Source: Nitrosopumilaceae archaeon
GTDB lineage: Archaea; Thermoproteota; Nitrososphaeria; Nitrososphaerales; Nitrosopumilaceae
Reading direction: 5' to 3'
Length of the DNA stretch: 64,000 nucleotides
NCBI GenBank assembly: GCA_965207375.1
Contig: CBDBMG010000003.1
Coordinates: 832,001-896,000, forward strand
Shown one piece after another: positions 1 through 13,469 of the stretch (its first letter is position 1; every line of letters begins with the position of its first letter). Both the position numbers and the translations under genes were made by a program. The notes under the pieces are model-generated. The model made no database searches and was not told where the DNA came from. It saw only the letters and a program-made list of their open reading frames with translations.

Positions 1-461
1 CCTGTGGTGTGAGGTCACTTTCTCCCCCATATGATGTATAGATCATTTCTAAATAGTATTACAATTGAATTAGTCAAATTATGAGAGCGTATATAGTACC
101 TTTGAGATGCTGCAACTTCCGTTCATCCAGTTTTTCTGATTTAGAGTTCTTCCTTCCCATGGCACAAGATTTTCCAAGTGTCTCCACCCCAAAGGTCAGA
201 ATTAATAATTTTCTAAAAGCAGCTTTCCATCCCATTCTCTTGTCCGATAAAATTAGTTGCACAGCTGCAGATTCCGACTCTCTTCATTATTTCTAACATC
301 AGGGAGAAAATTCTCTAAAACAGATATTCGCTGTTTAATTCCTTGAATTTCGCTTTCCATGTTACAAAGTACCCTCCTTATGTTTGTTGGCTGATTTTCA
401 AATGAACTTAATACCAGTCCTTATTTAAAATTTCATCATCAGGCAAGATGCCGTCTAAATT

Positions 462-750
462 AGTCAGTGTTACTGGTGGATTGTAGGCAGTTGTGACTAA
501 CACTGGTTGATTGTAGGCAGTTGTGAATAATGTTCCTGGACGATAGGAACTTGTGACTAAAGCTGGTGGATTGTAGGCAGTTGTGGCTAAAGCTGGTGGA
601 TTGTAGGCAGTTGTGACTAACACTGGTGGATTGTAGGCAGTTGTGACTAAAGCTGGTGGATTGTAGGCAGTTGTGACTAACGCTGGTGGATTGTAGGCAG
701 TTGTAACTAACGCTGGTGGATTGTAGGCAGTTGTGACTAAAGCTGGTGGA
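462..750 (-). repeat. 30-bp coding minisatellite (~9.5 copies), encodes VTTAYNPPAL
   Basis: ggtggattgtaggcagttgtgactaa recurs every 30 bp. Confidence 0.95.
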
Positions 751-811
751 CAATAGGATCTTATGGCTGTAGTGCTTGTGACTAAAGTCGAATGAGAGGT
801 TGTGAGTGGTG

Positions 812-3094
812 TAAGGTTGGGCGATATTTTGATAATACCGTGGTACCGCGGTACTAGAGTATTGCGATACTGTAAACCTTGACACTTGAATAGCTAGCGA
901 TATTACCGTTTATGCGGTTTTATTGCAGTATCGCCGCATGCGCAAGTTATTTGACGTCACGGTATTGTAAATGGTGGACAGCGAGAACAACTTGAGTATG
1001 GGTAAAGAACATAAAGATGAAGACTTACGTGAAGTATACGTGTTAGTGAGGAAGCCGAACACTACTAGCAAGGTTTGGGAGCACTTTGGTTTAAAGGGCA
1101 ATAAGGACGGCCTTCCCGATCCAGCGGAGGTGGAGAAGCCAATCTGTCGCCATTGTCATAAGGCTATCTGGGCAAAGTGATCTAATACTACTAATTTATT
1201 TACTCATCTACAGGACAACCACCCTGAAATTTACGTTGAAGTGTCCGCAAGCTAGAAGCCAACTAACCAGCCAACACTTGCGCAAGTTATCGAGAGGGGC
1301 AAGAAATATGAAGGCACTTCTAAGCGAGCTAAGGAACTGGACTATGCTGTAGCTTATTTCATAGCAAAAGATAACCAGCCTTTTTATACTGTAGAGAAAG
1401 AGGGATTTAAGAAAACGGTAAGCATTTTTGACCCGAAGTATGCCTTACCTTCAAGAAATTTTTTTGCTGAAAAGCAAATTCCTAAGCTTTACAATGAGTT
1501 GAGAGATACTGTAGTTAAACCAGCCATTAATGGAGCCACCTACTATGCAGTGACAACTGATTTGTGGACCAGCTGTGCTAGGTACCCTTTCATGAGTTTT
1601 ACAATGCATTTTATTGACGATAATTGGCAACTGAAGACATTTTGTCTTGACACAGTACCTATTCTAGATGACCACACTGGCCAAAACCTAGCTGATGCAG
1701 TTCAAGACATTCTGGGAAACTGGGAGCTTGATTCAGTTAATCTGATATGTGCAACTACGGATAATGGATCAAACTTTGTGTCAGCCTTCACGATTCTAGA
1801 TTGGAGGAGAATTAGCTGTTTTGGACACAATTTGGATCTATGTGTTAATAAAGCCATTCAATTAGAAAGGGTACAGAGGGCTTTAGGAAGGTGTCACTCT
1901 TTAGTTGCTCTTTTCAATAGAAGTTGGAAAAAAACAGGGACCTGCGAGAGAAACAGATCCAACTTGGGCTGGACCAGCACAAGTTGATATCAGATGTTGC
2001 AACAAGATGGGGGTCAACATTTCAAATGATTGACAGAATTTTAGAGTAGCAACAAGCTGTTAGTGCTGTTTTGGATAATGACCGTAAGAATTGGCATCAC
2101 ATGCCAACTGATCAAGAATTTTCAGTTCTGGAAACTGTGATTTCAGTTTTAAAACCTTTGTCAGTTTTCACTGATGCCCTTTCTGGTGAAAAACACCTCA
2201 CCATTTCTGCAGTTCGTCCTCTTTTAAGGCATATTTTAGATGAAATTCTTGTAGTGTCAGCTGAAGACTGTTCTCTAAGCAAAGAAATGAAGGAGATTAT
2301 TTCAGATAAGCTTCAGACATACTACATACATGAAGAGGTATCTGACTTGCTAGATAAGTGTACTTACCTTGATCCACATTTTAAGGCCAGGTACTTGAGT
2401 GATGAAGAACGAACCCAATCTCAGATTAAACAAGAAGTGGAAGATGTTTGTGTTTCTGTAATACAAGAGTTACATGAACCAGAACAACGTACAACTGAAG
2501 GTATTCTAGCTGTTCCACCAGCAAAGAAGATGAAAGGGCTGGGGGCTATCCTCAAAAGGATAGTGCAGGAGAAAAGGAATGAACTAGACGATTCCAGGTC
2601 ACCTCAAGAAGTGGTACAGAAGGAAACTTCTCGGTATCTCTACTTGCCAGATTTGGACCCAGAAAAAGATCCTCTGAGTTGGTGGAAAGATGAAGCAAAA
2701 CACTTTCCTATACTAGCACGACTTGCCCGCAAGTATTTATGTGCTTGTGCTACAAGTGTTCCTTCGGAACGAGTTTTCAGTAAAGCCGGCTATATAGCTA
2801 ATCATTTTCGTCCACGTTTATCTGCTGAAAATGTTAACAAACTGGTGTTCTTGTCTAAGAACTTGTAACTCTACAACTCTGAGGATGTAGCAGCTGATTA
2901 GCTATCATGATTATTTCTCTACAAAATACATGGTTTATAATTATTTGAATTTTTTATATGTACATAAAATGTATCTAATTACTGTATATTGATGTAAATC
3001 ATGTAATACATGACATTAACAATATTTGTAATTATTGCCTAGTCATCTTCTTGCAATTATCGTGAGTAGAAAATCTTGGTATCGCCCAACCCTA
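812..3094 (+). mobile_element. hAT (Ac/ZBED1-like) DNA transposon, full length but decayed
   Basis: TIRs taaggttgggcgata / tatcgcccaacccta; 8-bp TSD GAGTGGTG at 804-811 and 3095-3102. Confidence 0.95.
971..2868 (+). pseudogene. hAT transposase (BED finger, DDE, C-terminal dimerisation domain) with stops and frameshift
   Basis: SKVWEHF..CRHC BED finger; TTDLWTS; TTDNGSN; CFGHNLDL; WWK..ARKYLCACATSVPSERVFS; split over 3 ORFs. Confidence 0.93.
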
Positions 3095-3279
3095 GAGTGG
3101 TGGCTGGGACATTACAGTTTGTAATATAGTAAGGGGTGGAGGGAGTGGTGGTACCTCATCATCATCATCTTCTTGAAGTATTTGTTCATTTGCTGCTCTC
3201 CTGGCATCTTAAGTTTTTCTTTGCAGTTTCTTTTTCTTTCTTAGTGACTTTAATTGTTCATCATTATCTGTTGCCTTCT

Positions 3280-3352
3280 TTGTGGTGGCATTTTGCTTTG
3301 TGGCGGTATTTTGCTTTGTGGTGGCATTTTGCTTTGTGGCGGCATTTTGCTT
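3280..3352 (-). repeat. 18-bp coding repeat x4 (ATTKQN)
   Basis: tttgtggYggYattttgc in tandem. Confidence 0.85.
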
Positions 3353-4489
3353 ATTCTTTGTGGTGGCCAGCTCTTTCATAGAGGTAATCAATGAGCCTTT
3401 GTCATCACCTGCAATTATTTAATTATGATGATGAATCATGAAATATAATAGTACCAGCTGCTAAGACTAGCACTGTAAGTTTTACCCCCCCCATTTCACT
3501 CCGACCTCTTCTCCTACCTGCAATGTTCCTGAAACAATGGCACTAGCAGCCACAACACTGTGTTGTTGAAATAGTAGCTGCACAAGTGAATTGTTTAGTG
3601 TTCTTTACTGGATGAATCGATGATAGACCCAGTGTAGACTCCCTTCCTAGGCCACTTAAACTTCACCTTTTCTCCTTCAAGTGATAGAAGCACTTTTGCA
3701 TTTCTCTTGATAATACTTACGCTGTTGTCCACTTCCCAAGTAATAAGAAGAAATGCCATTGTATGATTGAAAAGGTACATTACTAAGTAGTGCACCTGGG
3801 TGCTTTAGTGGATGAAGGGGATTGGCTGCCACGCATGTAACATAAATCGTTTTTCGTATACTATAGTGTGTGTAAAGATTTTCCGTTTTGCATAGCTCTT
3901 TCTTCATTATTTCTTGTACTCGCTATGGCTAGTTGTGCCGAGATTTTAAGCGATGTTAATGTTCCTTTGACATTAAACTTATCTGTGGATGCATCGACTA
4001 ACTTGGTGGAGGATGGTGAGCCAGTTATGCCCACCAGCCGATTTCACCATAGAAGAAGCGGTCGGCATACCAATCAAAGTAAATAGGTAGTTCCATTACT
4101 ATGTTCCTTCAATAATATAATAATACTATTAGTATATCGAGAATATATCATTTCGACGATTTGCACAATTAGCTACATTTCCCGGTGACTTAATTACATA
4201 AAGAAAAATACATAATTACATAACCATTATACAATAATAATAATCTCATAAATAATTAATTAAATAATTAATTAATAATTAATTAATGTGTGGCAAACTG
4301 GGAAGGGCTAGGTCTATAATAACACTACCAAGTGAAAACATTTGATACAAAGGGAAATTAAAACAAGGGAATTTTTAAAAGACCTTTTCGTTGCTGAGAT
4401 ATCCCAACTTCTTCAAAATTTCGCCATTTTCTCTTCATTTCAAAAACGAAATCATTTTTAAGAGCCTGCAATTAGCAAAGTACTTAAGT

Positions 4490-5400
4490 CAAAGCCTTAT
4501 ACTATAGCTTAAAAGAATCGCTATTTTATATAGAATGTAATGGTGTTTGTTTCAATTCTGTAGGAGCTGGCATCTAGAAGTTATGGGGTAATTTCTACTG
4601 ACATGCAAAAACAAGTTAAATCGCTGTTATTGCCGTGATGACATGCAATTACAAAAGGCCCCATAAAAACCTCTGTGTTTCCTCTATGAAGCTCAATTAA
4701 AGTTTAAAGGATTCATTATGCTACAGCGAATCGATTTATGTACGTAGATTTGAAGCTGAATAAGCAAGATTCGTACAGCTGTGGCCTCCTCTAGGTGGCA
4801 TTCACGAAGAAAACTGGAAAACCCATGGAAATATTTTTACAACTGTCAAGAAGAAACGTCCGTTGCTGTTTTACAAGACCATGTAACTGGCGATGTATTT
4901 AACACACAGCCACGTAATATAGCTTAAAAGAATCGCTGTTCTATATGGAATAGATCAGTCTTTGTTTATAATCTATAGAAGCTAGCATTCAGAAGCTATG
5001 ACCTGCCTTCTACTGACATGCAAAATTTATTTGACGCCATATTAAAATACAATTACAAATGGCCATATAATGACCTCCCTGTTACTTGTATGAAATTCAA
5101 ATAATGTTTAAAGGATTTGTTATGCTACAGCAAATCGATTGATGTACATATTAAGCTAAACAAACCGACATCACAGGAATTGTGAGCCCCTCTTCACTGG
5201 CTTGTGAAAGGGATTCCGTGTACGAGATAAGAAATTGTTTACAAGAACTAAGAAAAACATACGTTGCAAAGCACTCGTGTGTCCTATGGCCTTGGAATGT
5301 GGCTTAAAAGATTCGCCTGAGTGGATTGATGTGTGTTTCAAATGTATCAGCGAATTTGTTTAAATAGTATGGAACCATTTCATTGGTATGCGTGCTGTTA
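4490..5400. repeat. Degenerate ~415-bp tandem repeat (2+ units), non-coding
   Basis: atagcttaaaagaatcgct at 4504 and 4919, diverged copy near 5299; ttctactgacatgcaaaa at 4593 and 5008. Confidence 0.75.
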
Positions 5401-6067
5401 TAAAAGCGCACGAAACAGCCGACTCATAAATAGGTGTTAAAGCTTGCCTACTTAAACATATGGTTACAAAACAAAGCCTTTGATTATAAAACCAAAAGTT
5501 TTTACCTGTAAACACAGCCTAACTAGCGTATTGGTTCGTCTCCGAGTTTAACTAAAAAAAACGGAATTCCGTGTTACATGCTTTGCTAACACGCATACGT
5601 TGAGCAGAAAGAGGTACAGCAATCCGTTCCCAGTAAATATTCCAGTCTTCCGAGTAATATATAAACCTTGAATAGCTTGTTGGCCAGTGGAATAGTAAGA
5701 TTTGATCTCAAGAGAATATTCAGCTAGGGGTAACGATGACTACTCTATTAGAGAGTTTTCGTAAGTGAAGATACATGATTGCTCAGCTTTCAGTTCCTGC
5801 CCTCAGGTAAACTATACTGCCCTATAATATATGCATATTAGATAATGATTATTATCAATTATACCTAGTTACGTACGTGTGTCAAGACTCATATAGGTTA
5901 CTATCCTAAGATTCATATAAGTTATAAGCAGATTACATCCTGTAAATACTGGTAACTGGCTTATTATATTACTCAGTTATTTTACTCAGTTATAAAAGGG
6001 TACTATCCTTACCCTGAATATTTGAAAACTGAGGAAAACAATATATCGAAAAATATTATAGTTCAAT

Positions 6068-6242
6068 ACATTTGTAATTGTAAAGTAGCTAGTTATACCA
6101 ACAGTTGCAATGTGTGATAATTGATGAAGCCAGGTATCATAGAACTATTTGAAAACTGGAAAATGATATTGTAATTCAAATACAGTAGTAATTGTAAAGT
6201 AGCTAGTTATATCCAGTTGCAATGTGTGATGAAGCAGGTATC
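6068..6242. repeat. ~113-bp-period direct duplication
   Basis: gtaattgtaaagtagctagttata..cagttgcaatgtgtgat..gaagc.aggtatc occurs twice. Confidence 0.8.
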
Positions 6243-6599
6243 TTTAATTGTACATCCCTTGCAATTGGTTTTATATACGTATGGTTATGTAGTCCACAGG
6301 CTAGTAATAATAATATTAATAACGATTTCTTTGCCACAGAAGAAATACCAGGACACCACACCAACTTGTACTTCAGCTACGTACGTAGCTGTATTATTAT
6401 TGTTGTTATCATTGATTTTACAGTACAAGAATAAAGTATACATAAAAGATAAAACAATAAAATAGAACATGTTACTGACAGCTGAAGGTAATTCATGCCA
6501 ACAGCTTAGGGGAGGTAGCTGTAGCTACGTACATAAAGGGAAAGAAACTAACTAGCTATTTAAAAATGAATGATTGTACATAGCTAATACACAATTCAC

Positions 6600-7277
6600 C
6601 CAACTCTTCCTTTGCCAAACTAATCCCGCTTTAATATTACGGTAGCCATACAGCCTCAAACTGACTAACGTGGAGCTTCAGCATCCAAAGAACCGGAAAC
6701 ATTAGTTACATTAATACTGCTACCTACAAGCTCTTCATTCAATAATTTCATTTCATCTTCCGCTAACTCATCGCTACCACAGAACTCTCCAGGTTCTACT
6801 GCTAACATGCACGTGTCCGAGCACGTGTCATCTTTTGTAATCCTGTCAGCCGTATTGTCAATATTGCTCAAAGTGGTCAGATCAATAATGTCACTACTGT
6901 TGTCTTCCTTTGTCCTGATCTTCTGACAGTCATACAAGGTAAGTTGCCCTACGCCTGAAGGAACTAACGACGTTGACCGGCGCTTCGACATAACTCACAT
7001 TCGAGCTCACGCGACAAATATAATCACATTTCTTTTAATCGTGGGTTTAAGTTTAAACATGTGTAAAGAATGTCTACTATATACATGCTAGTGCTACACT
7101 ACTGGCTGGTGAGTGAAAATAAAATTATAAATAGCATAATCCATAATTCATAATGTTTTTGGCTGCTTTGGGCTCCAGACTGCAATTGCCCGGGCTAAGC
7201 TATCAAGTTGCCCAGGCTTAAGCCCGGGTTAGCCCAGGTGTAGCTACACCATTGGATGAATGTAGCTACGTCACTGG
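6600..7277 (-). mobile_element. Probable 5' end fragment of a hAT-like element with a truncated N-terminal ORF (6665-6991)
   Basis: Minus strand begins caRtgRYgtagcta..cctgggctaacccgggcttaagcctgggc, resembling hAT termini; ORF MSKRR..GQLTLYDC has no catalytic motif. Confidence 0.35.
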
Positions 7278-8473
7278 ATGAATGTAGCTATCTGGCAAGT
7301 CTTCAACATAAAGCCACACAAAGTTGAATATCTGTTTCTGGTCCAACCATCATTCAATAAATTGACTAGGCTACCACATTTATATTTCATTTTAAAGCTG
7401 TGACTCAACTTTTCTCAGCAACAAAATTTTATGCATATTTTTCAAATCTGTGCGTATAAGGAAAATTGTTTGTGTGTGCGTCTACGTGTATGTCAGTGCT
7501 GGGCCAGGGCCCCCTACTTTACAGCATGAATTTCTAAGTCTTACAAGTCTGTTCAATACAATTAAGATCCATTACTATACTAATAAAACAGTCACTATCA
7601 TTGTGACAAGTGAATACACTCTAATAAAACAGTCTTGCTTAGCACAAATTTTACACATGAGCATATAATGAGCCCCTTACAATTTTTTATACGTATATGC
7701 ACAGCCCCCTAACAACTAGCCTCTGTAAGGATTGAAATTGTCTGGACACTGGTTCTATTAGAAACTCAGTGACTTTCCCATTGATAATTTGACCAGTCAA
7801 ATGCTTAACATGGTATCATTATCAAGTGCTGGTATGTGTATGTCAGTGTATGTGTTATCAGTTACCGGACAAAAATGATCACTGAGGCAGGAGGACTAGA
7901 AACATATTAACTTTGCTTGACCTTACCTTTAGTGAGCAGAGCTTGATGCCTAGCTTCTGTTCTTTTCTTCTCATAGTTCTTTTTTGAACATAGCTGTAGT
8001 TTTCGATGCCCTCTCCTTTCAGACATCAATAAAAATTGTGCTCATCTATTTTGGCACTAGCAACATAGTTTGGGATAAAAGTGATATGATTTCTATTAGC
8101 TGATGCTTGAACTTAACAGTAATTGTTTTAGTTCTTTACATACAAATATTTGAGTTAAACACCCAAAGATTAATAAAACCTCTTTTTAAGCACAAGGAAT
8201 GTAGGAACTACTGGGAACAACGACAATAAGCTATTTACACTTGTTATGACATGATATTAAAACAGAAGACTGTAGTAGCCCTTCTACCATACTCTCCACA
8301 CCCAAAACTCATAATAATTGCACGAAATGTATTAAAATCTTCTTTATTAAGTTATTCACACGTATTACGAATAAAAATGCACTTGATATGTTAGGCTTAA
8401 ATTATAGTCCAAATATAATTTACAAGACACGATGAGACACGAAAGGAACAACACTTCTAACCGAGCTATAATA

Positions 8474-9359
8474 CGGTACCGCTCAGTTTAAACTTGACAC
8501 TTGCACGCGTGTGTCACTGTAGTCGCTCGCAGATTTTGCCAGGCAACTCGCGAGTTACGCGCAAGCGCACAACAAATCGATCCTCGTGACGAGTCATATG
8601 CACATGAAGTGCACTCAAGAGAAGGTTACCCTGCTCGCGAGCTGTCTCACGTTACGTGCGCTTGTTAGTGCCTCGCGAGTTATGCACGCGTGTAGTTTGT
8701 CTCTCCTCGTGATTCTAGTAATACTCAGCATTATCATCTAACATACCAGCTGTGAAACTACAGATAATCATCCTGGAGTAGATTTCTTCGTCGACAAATC
8801 AAGCGCGGGCGCTTACAGTTGTAATACGGGTGCCTAACACGTGTTTATAATAAGCTTCTTATATTTTAGGGCGCCAATAACACGTGTTAGTGATTTAGTA
8901 GTTTTTATAGTTTGTTGCAGTCTTTGGGAAGCAAAGGAAAGGCCTACAGTAGATTGGAAAAGAGGTAGTACTGTAACTACTACATTGCTGTTGGTTAAAG
9001 TCTTCCTGCTCGGTTCCACACAATTAAATTATATCACCGAATGTCTTAAAACCTTTGATAGATCTCTAGCAATGATTATATGATAGAGCTAGGCCTTTCC
9101 ACTTTATTAATTTCACCCCATGCATTAGCCATGCGAGTGCATCTGTTTGCGTGCGATAGGCTTCTGGCGTGCCTCGTGACGTAGCTCACACATGTCGTGT
9201 CGAGTGTATGCTCGCTCGCGGGCAGTGTATTTTATTGTGCATATATGCTCTCGTGCCATACAACCAGCATGCGAGTAACTCGCGTGTGCTTCGACAAAAT
9301 CTGTTAAATGCACACGTGTTTGCTGCACGCGAGTGTTAATTTTAAACTGAGCTGTACCG
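8474..9359. mobile_element. Non-autonomous TA-target element (MITE-like), 886 bp
   Basis: TIRs cggtaccgctcagtttaaa / tttaaactgagctgtaccg flanked by TA; CpG-rich interior; related TIR to 30671-31469. Confidence 0.85.
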
Positions 9360-9554
9360 TAACAGTTAGAAACCATCTTTATCCAAAAATCGCGCCTAGA
9401 ATATGTACATCATTGATAGTTTAGGAATTTTTACTAATTCCTATGGAGTGTGCCACTCCGTGTACAATCCTGGTTACGTAGTCTATATAATCTATGATTC
9501 AAGTAACACACAAATTTACATCAATTAAAAACTGCATGGTTACATCATTGTTTA

Positions 9555-9645
9555 GCTATATACATTCATCACATAAAAATTCATCAGGTTCTTCCACAAT
9601 CCCCACACAAGTGAAGTGAAACCATCGTTCACATAAATCACAACT
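9555..9645 (-). pseudogene. PHD-finger fragment, probably the C-terminus of the transposase relic at 13470-14465
   Basis: Minus strand reads CDLCERWFHFTCVGIVEEPDEFLCDEC, matching CEGCDKWFHFVCMG..PENFYCEEC of ORF 19803-21524. Confidence 0.65.
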
Positions 9646-9984
9646 TGTAATAACCGTACAGAACTAGTTATTAAAGAGAGCCACTTGGGACTAGCTGATT
9701 ATTCAGTGCTCATAAATATGCTTGAAAGAGGTATAAACAACAGTGTATTTATAGGTACAAAACAGGATACTGAAAGGGTGAGCATACATACGTGCAAATA
9801 CAGTACAACAATGATATAAGGTCATATGTAGTAGCATGAGGTGTAAGTAATTACAAAAGCTAACTCATACCTACGTAGGTATACAATAGAATCCCTATTC
9901 CAGGATGTGCAATCTAATACAAATAGTGATCTAAAACAAGTATTCTTAAATGTCCAAATAAGTAAATGTTCATAAATTATTACA
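9646..9984 (-). repeat. Gypsy 3' LTR (339 bp) with adjacent polypurine tract
   Basis: tgtaataa...ttattaca terminal inverted ends; PPT aaagatggaggag (minus strand, 9985-9997) immediately upstream. Confidence 0.85.
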
Positions 9985-11952
9985 CTCCTCCATCTTTAGG
10001 ATTGAAAGTCCTCAGGTGGATAACGTTGAGGTGGTATGGAGACACGAGTCGAACGACGCAATGGAGGTTGCTCGGGTTGTGTAACTTCTTGGTTGGATTC
10101 ATTATGCGAATCCAAACTAATGTCAGGTAGATCTGTCCAGTCGGAGGTTGGACTTAATGTGGAGTCTTCAGTGCGGGACTGCAAATGGTCCACATGTCTG
10201 CGTACAATTTGTCCGGTTTCCAATTCTATCATATATGACAAAGGTCCTCTGGCCTTGATGATTGTTCCAGGGATCCAAGCATCATTTGATGGAAATTTGC
10301 GGGCATACACAGCATCTCCTACTTGAAAATGTCTTTCTTTTCTGCATTTATCACAGTGGTTTTGTTGATGTTGCTGTTTTCAGTAAACCTTGTTGTTTAA
10401 ATCTGGTACAGCCAAATCTAGCTGTGTACGTGGTCGTCATCCAAGTAAAACCTCTGCAGGTGAGGTACCCGTCGTATGTGTGTTATGCGATATTGTAACA
10501 GAAAACATAAAAGTTTGGTCTGTAAAGAATCTTCAGCTGGTTTCTTTAAAAATTCTTTAACAGTCTGGATTGCTCTTTCAGCCAACCCATTAGATGCTGG
10601 ATGATAAGGAGCTGAGGTAACATGACAGATTCCATTCAACTTAGTAAAATCCTGAAATTCTTGACATAAAATATGCAGCATTATCAGTTACTAACATTTC
10701 TGGCAAGCCATGTGTTGCAAAAATGTTTCGAAGGTGTTCAATTATAGTTGTCGAAGTTGTTGTTTTCATTATTTTTACCTCCATCCACTTAGAATGAGCA
10801 TCCACCAAGATCAAGAACATGTGACCCAACAGTGGTCCTGCATAATCTAAGTGTACACGACCCCATGGGTGGGAAGGCCATTCCCATGGTTGTAGTAATG
10901 CAGGTGACGGCAAGTGACGTGTCTGCTGACATGGAGCACAAGTTTTAACAGCATCTTCAATAGCTTGATCAATTCCTGGCCACCAAACGTAACTTCGTGC
11001 CAGGTTCTTCATTCTGGACATTCCAGGATTAACTGCTCAATCAATTTCTGTCTACCTGAGGATGGCACTACAACACGATTACCCCCACATTAGACATCCA
11101 TCGTGAATGCTAAGTTCTGCCTGTCGATTCATAAATGGCTTAACATCTTCCGGCTTAAGGTCAGTCACTTTAGAGGGCCAACCTTTCAACATAAATGAAC
11201 GTACTACTGACAACACTGGATCCCGGTTCGTCCATTTCTGAATCTGTTGTGCCGAAACTGGAATTGATTGAAGCATGTCTATTACCAAAAGTGTTTCACC
11301 AGGGATGGGAATCTCTGATGGTATTTGAGGTAATGGCAACCTACTGAGCATGTCAGCATTTGCATGCTTAGATCCAGGTTTGTATACATCTTGTAGTCAT
11401 AAGCTGCTAATGTTAATGCCCATCGTTGAATTCTTGCTGATGCCATGGCTGGCATAGGGTTGGATTCCTTAAATAAATACTGAAGTGGCTTGTGATCAGA
11501 TAAAATAGTGAAATGTCTACCACACAAATATTGGTGGAACTTCTTGACACCAAATATAATTGCTAAACTTTCTTTGTCTAACTGTGAGTAGTGCTTTTCA
11601 GCTGGGGCCAATGTTCTGGAGGCAAAAGCAATTGGCTTTTCATAGCCATCTTCCATTTTGTGGGAAAGCACTGTTCCAATACCATATGGTGACGCATCAC
11701 ATGCTAGTACTAATTCTTTTTTTGGATCGTAATATACTAACAAACAGTCTGAGGTCAGTGATTCTTTAGCTTTAGTGAATGCCTTCTGTTGGTCTGGTCC
11801 CCATTGCCATTTTATCTGCTGCTGCTGGAGCAACCTGTAGAGGGGAGCCAGAATGGTACGTAGATAAGTTAGGGAGGAACTTACAGTAGTAGTTTAACAA
11901 TCCTAAGAATGACTTGAGTTGTGTGACATCCTTAGGTGCTGGAGCTTCATGG

Positions 11953-12320
11953 TAGAGGTGCAATGATACATGATTTGGGTGTATCGATATATTGCCGCTT
12001 TTGTATCACGATACAGCGATATATTGTACGATACAGTAAAGTGTGAATTAGCTGATTTTCACAGATGAACCAAACCTTTTTCCTAAATTACAACTTTCTA
12101 TAAGCACTAAATATTTGCAGAGCTGTAAAACTGGCAGCCCACAATATACAACTAATGAAATATTGTACGTATAAGTATACAGTTTTAATGTTGATACACT
12201 GCGATATATCGATATATCACGATATTCGATATATCGATACAACTTAAATGTGTATTGATACAGTATCATCGCCTAATGTATCACGATATGGCGATATATC
12301 GATATATTGTTGCATCTCTA
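11953..12320. mobile_element. hAT-type MITE (368 bp) inserted in Gypsy RT
   Basis: TIRs tagaggtgcaa / ttgcatctcta; TSD cttcatgg / cttcatag; cgatat subterminal repeats. Confidence 0.85.
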
Positions 12321-13469
12321 CTTCATAGATAGCCTGCACTTTTTCACTGGTTGGCTGTAATCCTTGGGCTGAAATTTTATGACCCAGGTACTCAATTGCA
12401 GTTAACATGAAGGAACTGTTGTTGTGTTTGAGCCGAATGCCTGCCTTCTCCAGAAGCAAAAAGACTGTTTCTAATGTCTGCAAATGTTCATCGTTTGCTC
12501 CAGTGATCAGTATATCATCCAAGTATACACAAACATGAGGTATACCTTGGAGAATGGTTTCTATGGCTCTTTGAAAAATTGCCAGGGCTGAAGCCACACC
12601 AATTGGGAGTCGATTATAACAATACAGACCCTTGTGTGTATTGATTGTGGTAAACAGTTGAGAATTCTCGTCCAATGGAATCTGCTAATAAGCATGAGCC
12701 AAATCTAATTTAGAAAATAACTGTCCTCCAGAGAGAGATACAAACAGATCCTCAATACGGGGGAGGGGTATGAATCTGTTTTGGCTGCTCGGTTCACAGT
12801 TAATTTGTAATCCCCACAAATCTTGATGGATCCATCTGCTTTAACAATAGGAACAATAGGAGCTTCCCAATGTGCAAACTCAATATGTCTTATGTATAAC
12901 ACCATTTTTCTCTAGGCGGTTTAATTCTGCTTCAACCTTGGCTTTCAACGCAAAGGCACTGGCCTTGCCTTAGGAGTAGCATCTGGGTGGATGTGAAATT
13001 TGGCTTTCGTAACCCAATTCCTCATTGAACAATTCTTTATGCCTCTCCACCAGTTCTTGGCAGTGACTTGTTGCTTGGCGGACTTGGTTTAACTAATTCC
13101 AGTCCAGTACAATACTCTTCAGCCAGTTATGACCTAGTAGGCTTGGGCCATCTCCAGTAGTTACAATCAAGGTTACCTGTGCTGTTTGCTTTTGATACGA
13201 AACAGTGACAGATATCTTTCCATTCACTTTGATGGTCTCTCCAGTGTAGGTTTTCAAAATGGAAGAGCATGGTTGTAACAATGGAGTGGAGTGATGAGGC
13301 CATAGGATGTTGTAAGTTATTTCACTGATCACAGATAAGCTGCCCTTGTATCTACCTCCATTTTAAGATCAGCTCCATTGACCTTCACAGTAACCATGTA
13401 GGGCTTTGTGTCTACACTAGTGGAATGATACATTGAGTAACTTGAATCTTTTGCTTCAGCTGCTTTATT

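Larger units (their letters stand above)
1..3759 (-). pseudogene. Multi-exon gene with C-terminal BEN-like domain and low-complexity repeats, disrupted by a hAT insertion; runs off the window start
   Basis: First exon MAFLLITWEVDNSVSII..VKFKWPRKGVYTG (ATG 3759), then ATTKQN and VTTAYNPP repeats, then WKAAFRKLLILTFGVETLGKSCAMGRK..KLDERKLQHLK (BEN-like) followed by a ~50-bp GT..AG intron. The reading frame rejoins across the hAT TSD. Confidence 0.55.
9646..13460 (-). mobile_element. Ty3/Gypsy LTR retrotransposon, 5'-truncated and decayed (PR-RT-RNaseH-IN)
   Basis: MEVDTRAA protease relic; ICGDYK, YLDDILI (RT); LACDASPYGIG, SDHKPL (RNase H); VHLDYAGP, TDN, SNGLAER (integrase); many frameshifts. 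Confidence 0.95.

Noticed and set aside
4323-4340. CACTA (EnSpm) terminus cactaccaagtg
   Set aside because: No matching inverted end or CACTA transposase found.
7494-7751. Possible MITE bounded by cagtg...cactg
   Set aside because: Inverted match is only 5 bp and there is no TSD.
10036-10498. Plus-strand ORFs over the Gypsy integrase, and similar short antisense ORFs throughout
   Set aside because: Shadow ORFs of transposon coding strands with no motifs.
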